A stretch of 64,000 nucleotides of DNA from Raillietiella orientalis (Eukaryota): positions 3,410,001 to 3,474,000 of the forward strand of contig JAYWIR010000012.1 of the NCBI GenBank assembly GCA_036172245.1, read 5' to 3'. The notes beneath the pieces were generated by a model. The model was not told the DNA's origin. It did no database searches and saw only the letters and a program-made list of their open reading frames with translations. Shown piece after piece: positions 31,080-41,850 of the stretch (within the stretch, counting starts at the first letter, position 1; the number at the start of each line of letters is the position of its first letter). Position numbers and translations under genes: made by a program.

Positions 31080-32209
31080 TTAAAACCACAACCAAGGTTT
31101 ATGGAGATGGCGGTCGATTTTGGAAGGTGTGCAAGGCACGGAGAGGATTCTGCCAGGATAGAACTCGGATTTTTGAACAAGGCGGGCGCCAGTAAGCTTT
31201 CGATAAGCGGTAAGGCCGTCGTGAAGTGCCGGGTGTCAGCTTCGTAAACAAGGTCAAGTCTCTTGACCGTTTGGTCTCAGCATAGGGAAAGAGTTCGCGA
31301 ATAAACTCTTTACAGGAACTGCCAGCAGGTGATCGATGAGGTAAGGCACCGTGACTGATTGCTTATTTTGTTTGATCTCTCTCCTCTGAATCAACATTGA
31401 AACACGAAACGAGGCATGGTGGTGATGTTTGTTGCGGATGCGACAAATGCGATAGAATAACAGAAAAATGCTGGTGGGCGATAGATAATTGCCGCTGACC
31501 AGTCGTAGCACTCGCGTGGTACCGGCACGGCTATGCAGAGTGACATTCGTCGTGCATTCACCCAAATGCATTGCGAATTCTCATGAAGCGCGTTCGGATG
31601 CATGCATCTTTTCTTCTCTATAGTTTATACACATGAATATGTTCTCCACGATGCTGAGGAAGGAAAAAGGGCGTTTGGATGAACGCTTCGGCGTATTGAG
31701 AAACAGCGGTAGGCACTTTTTATTAGCCACGATCTTCTCCAGGCATTCGTCCGAAAAAGGGAGCAGCGCGGAACGGTGAGCCGAGTTCCTCCTGGAACTT
31801 GTTTGCAATCTGTTTGGAGGAACGGGAGAGCGAGTGATGATGTACCAACGCAGCAGCTCCTCGAGAAGGAAATCGAGCATCCCAACGAGCGGGAACGCGA
31901 CTTGAAAAGTTTTCAAAAATGATCTGCACTTGGCGATGAGATCAATCAATAGCTGTTTGCGAGAAGTCAGGATGTGCTCCGTATAGAAAACAAAACGAAA
32001 AAATAGAACCGAGCGGTGTATCGTGAGGCAGATGTAATTTCATCAGGAGAAGATCAAACATCCTGATCTACGAATTCTTATTGTAACGGTATTCCCCCTC
32101 CCCCCCCCCAAAAAAAAAAAAAAAAATTGGAAGCCGTGAATTGCAGTGCAGATGAGAAGAAAAAATCCAAAATGCTCCTTGGATGCTGCTGAACCGTAGG
32201 CACATAAGG

Positions 32210-32590
32210 GTAGTAACCACAGATTGATGTTCCAAAAACCATAGCAACAGCAATGTATATATATATATATATATACACATACATACATACATACATACGC
32301 CTATATAGGATATACAGCAATATTGCTATCTATCTATCTATCAATTGTAGCTTTATGTAATGTGAAGGTATATATATATTACATAGATAAATTGTATGTA
32401 TATATACCTTCACAGTATATATCGCAACAGCAATGTACATTTTCGCAAAAATAAATCTGTTCTAACAGCAATATATGTATATATTGTTGTTGCTATGATT
32501 TTTGGAACATCAATCTGTGGTTATTACTTTCATGTACTACATATATATATGTGTGTATTATGTATGTATGTATATATATATATATATTGC
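32210..32590. repeat. About 50-bp imperfect inverted repeat with (TA)n, (TACA)n and (TATC)n microsatellites
   Basis: 32210-32260 (GTAGTAACCACAGATTGATGTTCCAAAAACCATAGCAACAGCAATG) is near reverse-complementary to 32478-32527. Confidence 0.8.
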
Positions 32591-34209
32591 TGTACATACT
32601 ACGTAGGTGTATGCGTACATATGCTGTGTAGGTAGGTACATCTAAGGTCAAATGAGGGGAGGAAAAAAAAAACAAAAAAAATCGAGCATTTGAGATGAAA
32701 GGAGGAACGGATTTCTTTTTGTGAAAGAAACGACCAAATGAAGTGTGCAATCATGGCAAAACGTTTCGGACAGGAATTTCGAACCTGTTTGATTGGGAAG
32801 GAAAGTTTCTCAGCCAGAACGCTGGGGAAGCACTGTGCAAATATGGCGTCCGTGACCTGTAAGGCCGATGTTGGATTTTCTGATTAGTGTGATTTCACCG
32901 GAAGAAGGGAAAAATGCTGCTCGCCCGGCCTTCAGCATTCGATCCTTGGCTGAATTTCTTTACCTGATCAACGGGGTTTGCCTCCAACGAAAAATGGCAC
33001 GAAAAGGTTTCGCGGAAAAGTGAGCGGTAATCTACATGTTTTTCAAGATAAAGCAACAAATAACAGCTATTTTTTTCTTCTTCTTCTTCCTTCCAGATGA
33101 TTGAAAGAAAAAAAAAAAAAAAAAAAACGACTGCCGCTGTTTATCATTTCGATCGCTGGCTATGCATATCGGGGGCGCAGTGGTTTTGCCAACAAAAAAA
33201 AAAAAAATACCCTTTTCCGTTGTTGTTGTTGTTGTCGCAATTCAAATCGTCACAGGGAGATACATCAGATGTCCCACTCCGATCTCAATTTCACCTTTTA
33301 ATGTACTCCCTGCGTGGTGAGCACGTGCAAGCTACTCGGCATTTGCACTCACTCACAAGATGACTATCTAGCAGACTTATGAATTTTAAGGACGTAGCAG
33401 CACGAGGACGTTCGCTTTTCATTACGGCAAGCTGTTGCATCAAAATGATAATTTTCACTTAGATCGTTCTAATGAAAGCGGAAATCCGGTCATCCTGCAT
33501 GGTCATTCGAATTCACGACCAATCGTCATGTCGGTTGGCAACCTTCGTCCAAAAGTGTAACCTTATGTGATGTGAAACTAACAAGTTTCCCTAAAGGATT
33601 TCTGGGAAACGATTCCGTATAATAGCAGCAGCAGCAGCAGCAGTTTCCGTAGCAGAACGCTCTCTGGTCGTGACGACCGATACAAGAAGAAAAGAAAAAA
33701 GAGAGAGAGTAGGCCATGTGAAAGAAAAATGAAAATCGGATTATCGTTTTCCGCCTCTGATTACATCACATTTTAAAGGTTCGCTGAAGGTGGGGAAAGA
33801 TGTGATTACTTGTTGAGCTCCTTCAGATTTGATGAGGGGAATAACGGTTCATGAAAGCACTGATGAAGAACACTCTAAGCGAGCAAACGATACTGCTGGC
33901 AATCGAAATTTCTGCTGCAATAACAAACACTTTTGCCCACCACTAATTATGGGTGTCATTTGCAAGGTTTTAAGCCACTGCGAAGATACCGAAATATCGA
34001 AGGAAAAGGAAAAAAACATACCAAGTATACCAAGAATTCTACGCGCAAAAAACCAGGATGGGTATGGTTTCGAAATAATGGGGATCAGCGAGGAAAGCTT
34101 AGCTTTCGCTTAGCATTACTTGGTCTTCAACTCTGCTTCTCCTGGCCTTTTACTGAAAAAACAAACAAACTAGAAACAACAAATATGCGATGAAGAAAGA
34201 AGCCATGTT

Positions 34210-34565
34210 CCTCCAGCAGCAGCTTCGGACAGGCAGACGTCCTCGCAAGGCTCTCCACTCAGGGGGTGGGACTGGTTGCACAGAGGGGTGGAGACAGTAA
34301 ATGGCATACCTGTTGAGAGGATAGGGAGAGGGTGGGGTGGGCGCGGAAGGGTCAACCACAGTGCGCAGAACTCAGCTTCCCTGTTTTTTCCCTTCGCTGT
34401 TTTTGCTTTTTTTTTTTTTTTTTCGGGTTTTATTTTTTTTGGTTTGCTAAGTACCTAAAGAGCCGATCGCATGCCTCGCGGCGCTCACGTGGCTCTTTAA
34501 CACCACGCCACTGCGGAGGGTGCGTGTAATTCTTCGAGATAGGGGACACCCCGGGAGGGGGGTCA
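34210..34565 (+). mobile_element. Highly decayed 3' end of the L1/Tx1-like LINE
   Basis: Weak nucleotide similarity to 48760-48940, then a T-rich tract (34400-34445), a GTGG..CCAC hairpin remnant (about 34489-34506) and a terminal CCCC..GGGG hairpin (about 34546-34565), in the same order as in better copies. Confidence 0.45.
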
Positions 34566-34569
34566 GCCC

Positions 34570-35340
34570 TATGAATCCAGGAAGGGCTCGGAGTCCCTTT
34601 CTCTCACGTTTGGGGAGGAATCCTCCTGGGAGGGGGGGAGGATCGAACCTCCCACCCTGGTTGTCTCCATAAGGAAACCCCGAAGGGACGCATGTCAATG
34701 GACAATCCCCTTCATTCTCTCCGGAGGGACACTCCCTGGGAAGGGGTGGTCCTCCATTTCATCTTCTCCGAAGGGAACCCGGAAAGGATCCGCTAGCACG
34801 AATTTCTTCTCCGGAGAGAACCCGCAAGGGAACCGCTCCTGTTCACTCCTCTGAAGAGAACTCCGAAGGGACGCTTCCGAAATTCATAAGGGGCGCTGCA
34901 GCTTCCCACAGGGGGCTCTCTCTCTCTTGCTTCCTTGCACTCTCTGGAGAGGCGGCTACTCAGAAGGTCCCTCCCGCAACAGGGGGGTGGGAGGGGGCGC
35001 TTCTTTAAACAACTGGAGAGGTGCCTGTGAAGGCTCCTGCACCATCTTGAACGGACCGGAGGGGTCCACCCGGTGTATGGGGTACGCTCTCCGTTGTACG
35101 ACCGGAGGGGGAACTCCCCACTCCTTTTTATTCCTGGAAGGACCCGAAGGTCGACTCCCATTGTTCCGGCCTTCATCGGGGGCCTCCAGCTTAAACGACC
35201 ACCGGTGCCACGCCCGAATGTCTCGGCCAACCAGCGCCATTGCAGGAGAAACTCGAAACCCAACGACGCAGTGGCGTCAGTTTCTGCCGGAGTATTCGAA
35301 CCCGCGACGCATGGTACTACACACGGAAGCCTTACCCAAC
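34570..35340 (-). mobile_element. tRNA-headed SINE-like unit, copy 3 (head + core + hairpin minisatellite)
   Basis: 35130-35340 is the reverse complement of 39800-40020; B-box-like GGTTCGAATAC at 35302-35292. 34715-34890 holds 40-47-bp degenerate tandem units homologous to 40140-40320. Confidence 0.65.
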
Positions 35341-36893
35341 TCCTTAGGTGTCCCGACATGCGGACGGTGGGTTCTCCGCCCTTCGCCTTCGCATGGGGTC
35401 ACTTGTTGGCTCGAAGCACCACCCGAAGTGCGACCTTCCCGCCTTCCCGGAGCTTTTCCGCCTCGGGCGTGCCGTGCTACCGCCATGTCCCGCGAACCTG
35501 ACGCGGTGCGGTCACTACCGTAACCGTGCAGAGAGAACCTTCGATATGGAAGGAGCAGCCGCCTCACCAAACCCAAGGGTCGGGCTGACGTGCGCGCGGC
35601 AGAGGACGTGGCAGGGAGTCCGGGGACGGAAAAGGGGGTCTGGAGGAAGGGAGGATGAGGAGGCGCAAATTTCGAGAGGATGACATCACTCCGCAACGGT
35701 GGCGGGAAAACACGAAAAGTAAATACGAAAAGTGAGGAGGGGCTGGGGAGGAGGGAACGAGCTCCCCCCACTAACCTACCCACTCCAGCAGGGACTGCGG
35801 GATCATTTCGATCCTCCCGCACCTTGGACAGCTCGGGCAGGAGCTCTCGCGGGTCCGCCGATGACCTGCGGATCGATAGCATGGGGATCTCCTACAAAAG
35901 AGCGGCGCCTTCCTGCCTGATGGAGAAAGAGTCCAAGCGGGTTTGAGGGATCCACCGCCAGCTCTTCCTGGGGGAAAGCCTCCACCTCATCCCCAAAGTG
36001 GTTTCTCTGCTCACCATGCCCTGCTCGCACGCACACTGAGCGTGCGTCCGTCCGCAAGCAGGTCGGCCGTCCAGGAGTCTGGTCGCTTCTTCGATCGTCC
36101 AGCAAGGGGAGACAGAAGTTGCGGGAATTCCTTCTCCCCTCCTCTCTTCTTCCCCTCCTCTCCTCTTCGACCCCCCCTCCCCCCTCCCGCTGCAATCTGT
36201 GTGCCTTGTTGCAGGCATTTCTCTATAAACATCGGTGCCAAAAATAAAGACCCTGCTGGTTGGCGCTGTTTGGTCGGAGTTGCGCTTTCAAGGGGAATCA
36301 CCAATCTTCTGCTGTTTTGCTTTCTCTTTGGGGAATTCCCCCTTTTCCCAATGCTCCCGTTCGGAGGAAGAGGGTCGTGTGAACCCGTTTCCACGACACC
36401 ACTTCGTTTAAGTTTCCGCTGCTTCGAACTTTCTGTCCGCGGCTCGTTGCAGCCGCCTCTCCCTGGGGCCTGCGGGGCTGGCGAAGTTTGAGCGCGAGCC
36501 CCGTCGTCGCCTCGCCAGCAGGCCGATGGAGAGGGAGAGCTTAGCGCGCGACTCGCACGCGAGTCCTCTGGGGGCTGTTCGCTTCGCGTCTCTTTCCCGT
36601 TCCCATCCGCGCGCTTCGGGTGTGTCCGAGGCAGAGACTTGTCTTCACCCCTTGCTGCACTTCTGCGAAACCCCCTGAAAACACCTCGTACGGCCGCGAG
36701 CTGCGCGATAGATGGCACCCGATGCGCTTCGGCGTGCCGCCACCATCGCTTGTTTCCGAGCAGCGGTCGAGGGAGCTTCCTTCATGGTGGGAACAGCAGT
36801 GGTGGTTGTCTTCCGCATGCTCACCGGCACGGTCAGCAACCTGCACGACGAGTTTGACTTGGAAAGCATTGCTTTTTTGAAGAGAGGAATGTG

Positions 36894-37380
36894 TGGCAGA
36901 CAGGGAGGAGTGGCCGCGAGTGCTGGTCGAAGCTGCGGCCATCCCTTTCTACAAGAAAGAATCAAGAACAAAGAGAAACCGGAAAATTCCTCCTTCTTGC
37001 GCGTGCTTTCTGCAGCCTCTCTTCTTCCGATTGTAACAAGGCGGATTGTCGGGAACGCGTAGCCGAGGACGCGGAGAGAACTCGTGGATCTCCCACGTCA
37101 CGACTCCTTTCCGAGGAAGGAAAGGTCCATCTCGGTGACGGCTGTGACGGCCTTAGACGCCAAAATTTCAAACGATGCTGAAAACAACGCCCGGGTGGAG
37201 CCCCACCGTTAGTTTGAATGGTCTTGCGACCAGTAGCAAATCGAATCACGGCCTCGTGCATATCAGGGTGAGCAGCCGAAAACAATCTGAAGTTAGGAAA
37301 CTTCGCTCTTGATTTTTTCTTGTAGAAAGGGATAGCCGCTGCTTCGACCAGGACTCGCGGCCACTCCTTCCTGTCTGCCA
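36894..37380. repeat. 74-bp inverted repeat pair (36894-36967 and 37307-37380)
   Basis: Arms align by eye with 5 mismatches and no gaps. Weaker similarity extends about 25 bp outward. Confidence 0.9.
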
Positions 37381-38665
37381 GAAGTCACCCTCTTCGAAGA
37401 AGCGATCATGTTCTTGGAACGGAAGGGAACAACGTGGCTTGGTCAGTGCGCGGACTCTCGTGAAGCACCCAAAAGAACAAAAAGGAAGCGGACCGCAAAG
37501 CGTGTCGGCAGCCAGGCTCGGTACAGCTCTTCGCGCATCGTTCCAGGCGCGTGGGTTGACACACTTTCAAAATAAGAAGAAAAAAAATAGTAGCAACAAC
37601 AGCAGCAGCAGTAACAGAAGATCATGGGAAAAGGAGCAACTCCAGCTCCCTGGTTAACCCTCTCGAAGCGGGAAACGAATTGCCGTCTTAGAGAGCGAGG
37701 CACCAGCAGCAGAGAAACCTGGCAGAGCCGTCGTATAAATCATTCCCAGGTTGTGGTCGCAAGGCACCACGGTTTTTCCTTCTTCTTTTTTTTTTTGTTT
37801 TCACGTTGCATCATGGCAGGAAAAATAGACGAGCCCGTGATTAGGGAATAGGGTAATTCTGATTACACAGTCGTAGCGGTGGGCGTGGGAGAAAGGGTCG
37901 GGGAAGGCGGAAGGATGGAGTACCGGAGTGTGTGCAACCGAAAGCTAGCGGAGGGCAGCAGCAGCCAGCTGGCCGGCCGGAGGCATAGGGAGCTCAATCA
38001 GAAGGTTATTATCTTCGCTCCGGATACATCTCCTTCCAGCACGATCGCCGTTGCATTACCCCATGATGATGTCTTCGCGGGGGAATCGCGAGCTGGTTAG
38101 AAAGTTTCGAGGGAGGGAGAAGGGAGGAGGGGGAGGTGCAAAGGGGGGCCGGAACCTTGAGGAGCGGTTCCTTGAACTTGGCGGATGGTATCCCGCTGCA
38201 GAGAGGAGTGTGCGGATCTATCGCAAGCCCTGCGGTAGATTGGGGAGGGAAACTTCCGGGTGGGGGGGAGGTGGGGGTGAAATGTCTCGTGGGTGGAGGA
38301 CTTTGAGGAAAGTCCCCGCGAAGGATCTTGCTGCAGCTGCTGTTCCGTTGGTTAGCCCGGTGCAATTGCGTTTCCATACGAGTTCCTTGTGCTGTTTGTT
38401 TTTTTTGGCTTCTTAGGGAACGAAGTGGTCCTGGGAGATCTACGAGTTCGCTCCGTGCGCCCTCGGCTACGCGTTCCTGACAACCCGCCTCGCCTGAGAT
38501 GAGAGGCGGCGTTCATTTTCCGTGTGGGCCGGAGTCGCGCCAGTTCCTCCTCGCCTTCCTTTCCGCGGAAGGCACGTGGAGTCGCGCGCGCGCGGAAGGC
38601 ATCTCTTTCTCGTCCGGTTGCTCCGGGACGTTCGTCGCAATCAGTGTGAACGCACCGAGCAGTTG

Positions 38666-39720
38666 GCCCACCTTGGCGGCTGCGTGGCTGCGGCATCCTT
38701 GCGCAGCACCGAGCGTCACGGGTTCGAATCCCGCCCGGGGGGAAAGAGTCGATGCCGACAACGGGGGGTGCGACTCGGGTTTCTAGTCTTGTCCCCCGCC
38801 TTGCAGGACAACGCTGGTTGGCTTCGGGTGCGGCGCTGGTTGGTTGACACCCGGTCACGCAGGGGCGTTTATTTACAAAATAAACATACACATCTGTGGC
38901 AGAACGTTTGACCCTGCCACGTTACTTATGAATACGAGAAGGAATTTGCAGGGAAATGGCAAGCAGGCCGGCGAGGTTCGTCTCGGCTGCACAGAGGAAG
39001 GGGTGACAAACAAAAAGAAAAAATTTTAACAGAGAACATAGTCAAAAAATGGGGCGTTCGGGAAGGAATCACTGTGTGCTGGAGGCTGTCCTCTGCATTC
39101 TTGTAAGGATGTCGGCAAGTTCCTGTTTCAAGACTCCCAGATGGGGCCATCTTGACTCTGTCCTCATGGAAAGGACAGCAAAATAGATGGCGTCCCTGTC
39201 GTTCTGGCCTCCTCTGGCGTTGTTCCATGCAGTCACGATCCCGCGCAGGCAGCAAAGTGCTGCTAGGGATGCCGCTGGCGTGAGGACGTCGTCCAGGAAG
39301 AGACGTTTCAGAACCTCTCTAAGGTTGCCGCTGGGGATTCCAAGGGTCGCGGCAAAGCGTCTCCAAAGGAGCCGGAGGGCAACACAGTCCACTAGGAGGT
39401 GCGGGAAGGATTCCCGCTCCTCTCACCTTGCACGATTCGGGTCCACCCCCTTCCCTTGTGTCCAGTGATGCCAGCGGGCGTTGCACGTGAGGCCCCAGTG
39501 CAGCAGCATTAATGCTGACTCGTAGCACTTTAAGGGGAGGGCACTGGTGGAAGCCGGATCCCTAGTTGACTGGCCGGGATTGGAATTCAATCCTTCGGGA
39601 TTCAACCAGTATCCTTCGGGGTCCTTCCAGGGATCCAGAAGCTCTTCGGGGTCGTTCCTCTTCGGATGTGAAGATGGAGCCGTCGAGTACATCGAGGGGC
39701 TGGTGGATCGACACCTCTCC
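38666..39720 (+). mobile_element. tRNA-headed SINE-like unit, copy 1, split by a LINE insertion
   Basis: D-arm/A-box-like GGCTGCGTGGCTGCGGC (38678-38694); B box GGTTCGAATCC (38721-38731) in a T-arm. The core to 38843 matches 39860-39945, and homology to copy 2 resumes at 39541 (GCACTGGTGGAAGC...GTTGACT...GGATTGGAA). Confidence 0.7.
38844..39539 (-). mobile_element. 5'-truncated LINE copy (ORF2 C-terminus + complete 3' UTR)
   Basis: Translates to PLKCYESALMLLHWGLTCNARWHHWT...DCVALRLLWRRFAATLG...SRWPHLGVLKQELADILTRM, homologous to 48500-48941. Flanked by a probable degenerate TSD: GGCGCTGGTTGG (38832-38843) and GGCACTGGTGG (39540-39550). Confidence 0.85.
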
Positions 39721-39794
39721 AGAGTATCAAGAAGTCTGCTGCTCCATTCAGGGAGAGGCCTAAGGGCTCACGAAGCTCTTTGACACTTTCTTTG

Positions 39795-40445
39795 TCCGCG
39801 CTGGAGGCCGCGCGGCCGCGTGGTGTCCAGCGCCGCGGGTTCGAATTCTGCCTGGGAAAGGAGTGCGGGGTGCGTCGCAGATTCGAGTCCCCCTCCCCCC
39901 GCAGGATGACGCTGGTTGGCACGTGGGCTTCGGGTGCAGCACCGGTGGAAGCTCGAAACCAGATGCCCCCCGTTGACTTTCCAGGATTGGAAGTTGACCC
40001 TTCGAGGTCCTCCTAGGAATCAAGGAGCACCGGTTCCCTTCGGGGTTGTTTCCCTTCGGTTAGAAAAATGGAACCGTTAGCACGGAGCTGGTTGGTACCC
40101 CCCTAGGGGGTTGCCCTTTCAGAGTGCAAGTAGCGCGCTACTCCCTTCGGGAAGCGCTCTCCAGAGAAATCGGGAAGCGCCCCTTCGGGCTTCTCTTCAG
40201 AGGAGGAAACAAAGAAGGAGCGGTTCCCTTGCTGGTTCCCTCTGGAGTTGAAAGTCCAGGAGCGGATCCTTCTGAGAAGAAACAAGGAGCAGTTCCCTTC
40301 TGGAGGATCCCTCCCAAATGTAAGAGAGGAACGGACTCCTTCCTCCGGAATCTTCCTGGATATTGATAGGGTGGTCCCCCCGGGATTCCCTCTAACTTGG
40401 GAAGAATGGCACACACCCTCGGGCGATGTGGACAGCGTCCAATAG
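39795..40445 (+). mobile_element. tRNA-headed SINE-like unit, copy 2 (uninterrupted head, core and array)
   Basis: A-box-like AGGCCGCGCGG (39805-39815), B-box-like GGTTCGAATTC (39838-39848), core GCAGGATGACGCTGGTTGGC...GCTTCGGGTGC, then AAGGAGC..GTTCCCTTCGG tandem units at 40022-40320. Confidence 0.7.
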
Positions 40446-40449
40446 CCTC

Positions 40450-41850
40450 ATAGTCTCCCCCTGAGGGGGCGGACGCTTTTTCAGCACTTGGTGGACCAAA
40501 GGAAATGAAAGGCAAAAAAAAGTTGGAGGGAAGGCAGGGAAAACCATCCTTTTTTTAAAAAAAAAAAAGAAAAAAAAAAGGAGACGAAGTCAGTGGTAGG
40601 ACTGTCTCTCCTACCACGACCACTGAACCTGCCGAGATGGCGGTACGCATACCGGCGAGGATCGCATGGACAGCCGAGGGGGAAGGGGACAAAAACAAAA
40701 AGAAAACCAAACAAACAAACCAAAAAATCCACCTAAATAAATAGTAGAAACTTTGGATCCTCACCCAGGACACGCCGAGGGACCGCTTACTTCAATGAAA
40801 AGAAACATTTACAGAGAACTGTGGCTGGACCCCGGGTCCAACCACATGCTTTTTTTCGGGTTACCGGTTCGCAGACCGATGAGATCCACTACGGCATCAG
40901 AGAAGGGAGGGAACAAATAAAAGAAAAAAGAACAAAAAAATAAATAAATAAATGAAATTTGGAGGGTGGGGGAAGGGACTGCGTCCTGCTTGGGGAGGTC
41001 CTCTGTATCCTTTCGAGGATGCCAGCAAGCTCTTGCTGTATACAGTCCTTCAGGTGGCGCCATCTTGTTGCCATCCTCATGAAGCGGATGGCGTAGTGGA
41101 TGTGGCATCTCCTGTCATCTCTTCTTGCGTCGTCGCTCTAGGCAGTGACGATCCCTCGTAGGCAGCAGAGGGCTGCTGGCGAGGCTGCCGGCCGAAGGGC
41201 GTCACGAATGAAGAGGAGTTTCAGAGCGTCCCTGGGGCTGCTGCCGGGGGTTCCTAGAGGCGCGGCAAAGCGTTCCCAGAGGGCACCCAGTCCACAAGTA
41301 GGTGCGGCTCACGCTTCCCGCACCTGCCACAGTTGCCCATCCTTCTTGGCGTCCAATGATGCCAGCGGACGTTGCACGAGAGGCCCCGGCGCAGCAGCAA
41401 CATCAGCGCCGACTCCTGCCACTTCAATGGGTGGGTGAATAGAGGAGGGTTTGGAGGACAGAAGAAGGGACAGAGTTTGGGAAGGGACAGAGTCCTCTGA
41501 GTCCGTCCAAGGATGACGGCTCTGCATGCGCCACTGCCCATCTTGACACTACCCTCAGGGGACGTAATATGGATGGCCGTCCCTGTCGACGGCTCTCCAG
41601 GTAACTACGCACAGGCTGCCGGGATGCTGTGGCCGGCGGCAGGACATCCCGCGCGAAGAGGCTCCTACGGTGGCGTCCCTGAGGCTGCCGTCGGGGAGTC
41701 CCTAAAGTCACGGTAAAACGTTCCCACAGAGTGCGGGGTAGGGACCCCGATGCAGGTGGGGTCGCTTCCAGGATGGGGGACGGACACTGACTTCCGCGGG
41801 ATGGGGAGCCCCACTGCCGGTCCCTCCTGGCGGAGCAATCATCGTCGTCC
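40450..41850 (-). mobile_element. Older 5'-truncated LINE copy whose 3' UTR is interrupted by a second copy
   Basis: 41850-41440 encodes RTLWERFTVTLGTP...SLFARDVLPPATAS...VSRW plus the start of the UTR. The UTR resumes at about 40740, with hairpins at 40640-40660, 40593-40617 and about 40453-40470. Confidence 0.7.
40752..41437 (-). mobile_element. 5'-truncated LINE copy nested in the previous copy, same orientation
   Basis: HPLKWQESALMLL...NVRWHHWT...NCGRCGKREPHLLVD...MATRWRHLKDCIQQELAGILERI, followed by the full three-hairpin 3' UTR ending ...CTGGGTGAGGATCCAAA. Confidence 0.85.

Noticed and set aside
31250..34120. Coding-like patches (31581-31949 minus, 32750-33030 plus, 33829-34113 plus)
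   Set aside because: Some splice-like sites, but no consistent frame or identifiable family; needs a translated search.
34851..34882. Hammerhead-like CUGAAGA...CGAAA in the minisatellite
   Set aside because: Stem II is out of register and the homologous copy near 40170-40200 lacks GAAA.
38666..38741. Functional tRNA gene
   Set aside because: The T-arm and A/B boxes are present, but no convincing anticodon arm or acceptor stem; treated as a tRNA-derived head.
34715..40320. CRISPR-like repeat-spacer array
   Set aside because: Units are degenerate tandem repeats without unique spacers; the context is eukaryotic and no cas genes are present.
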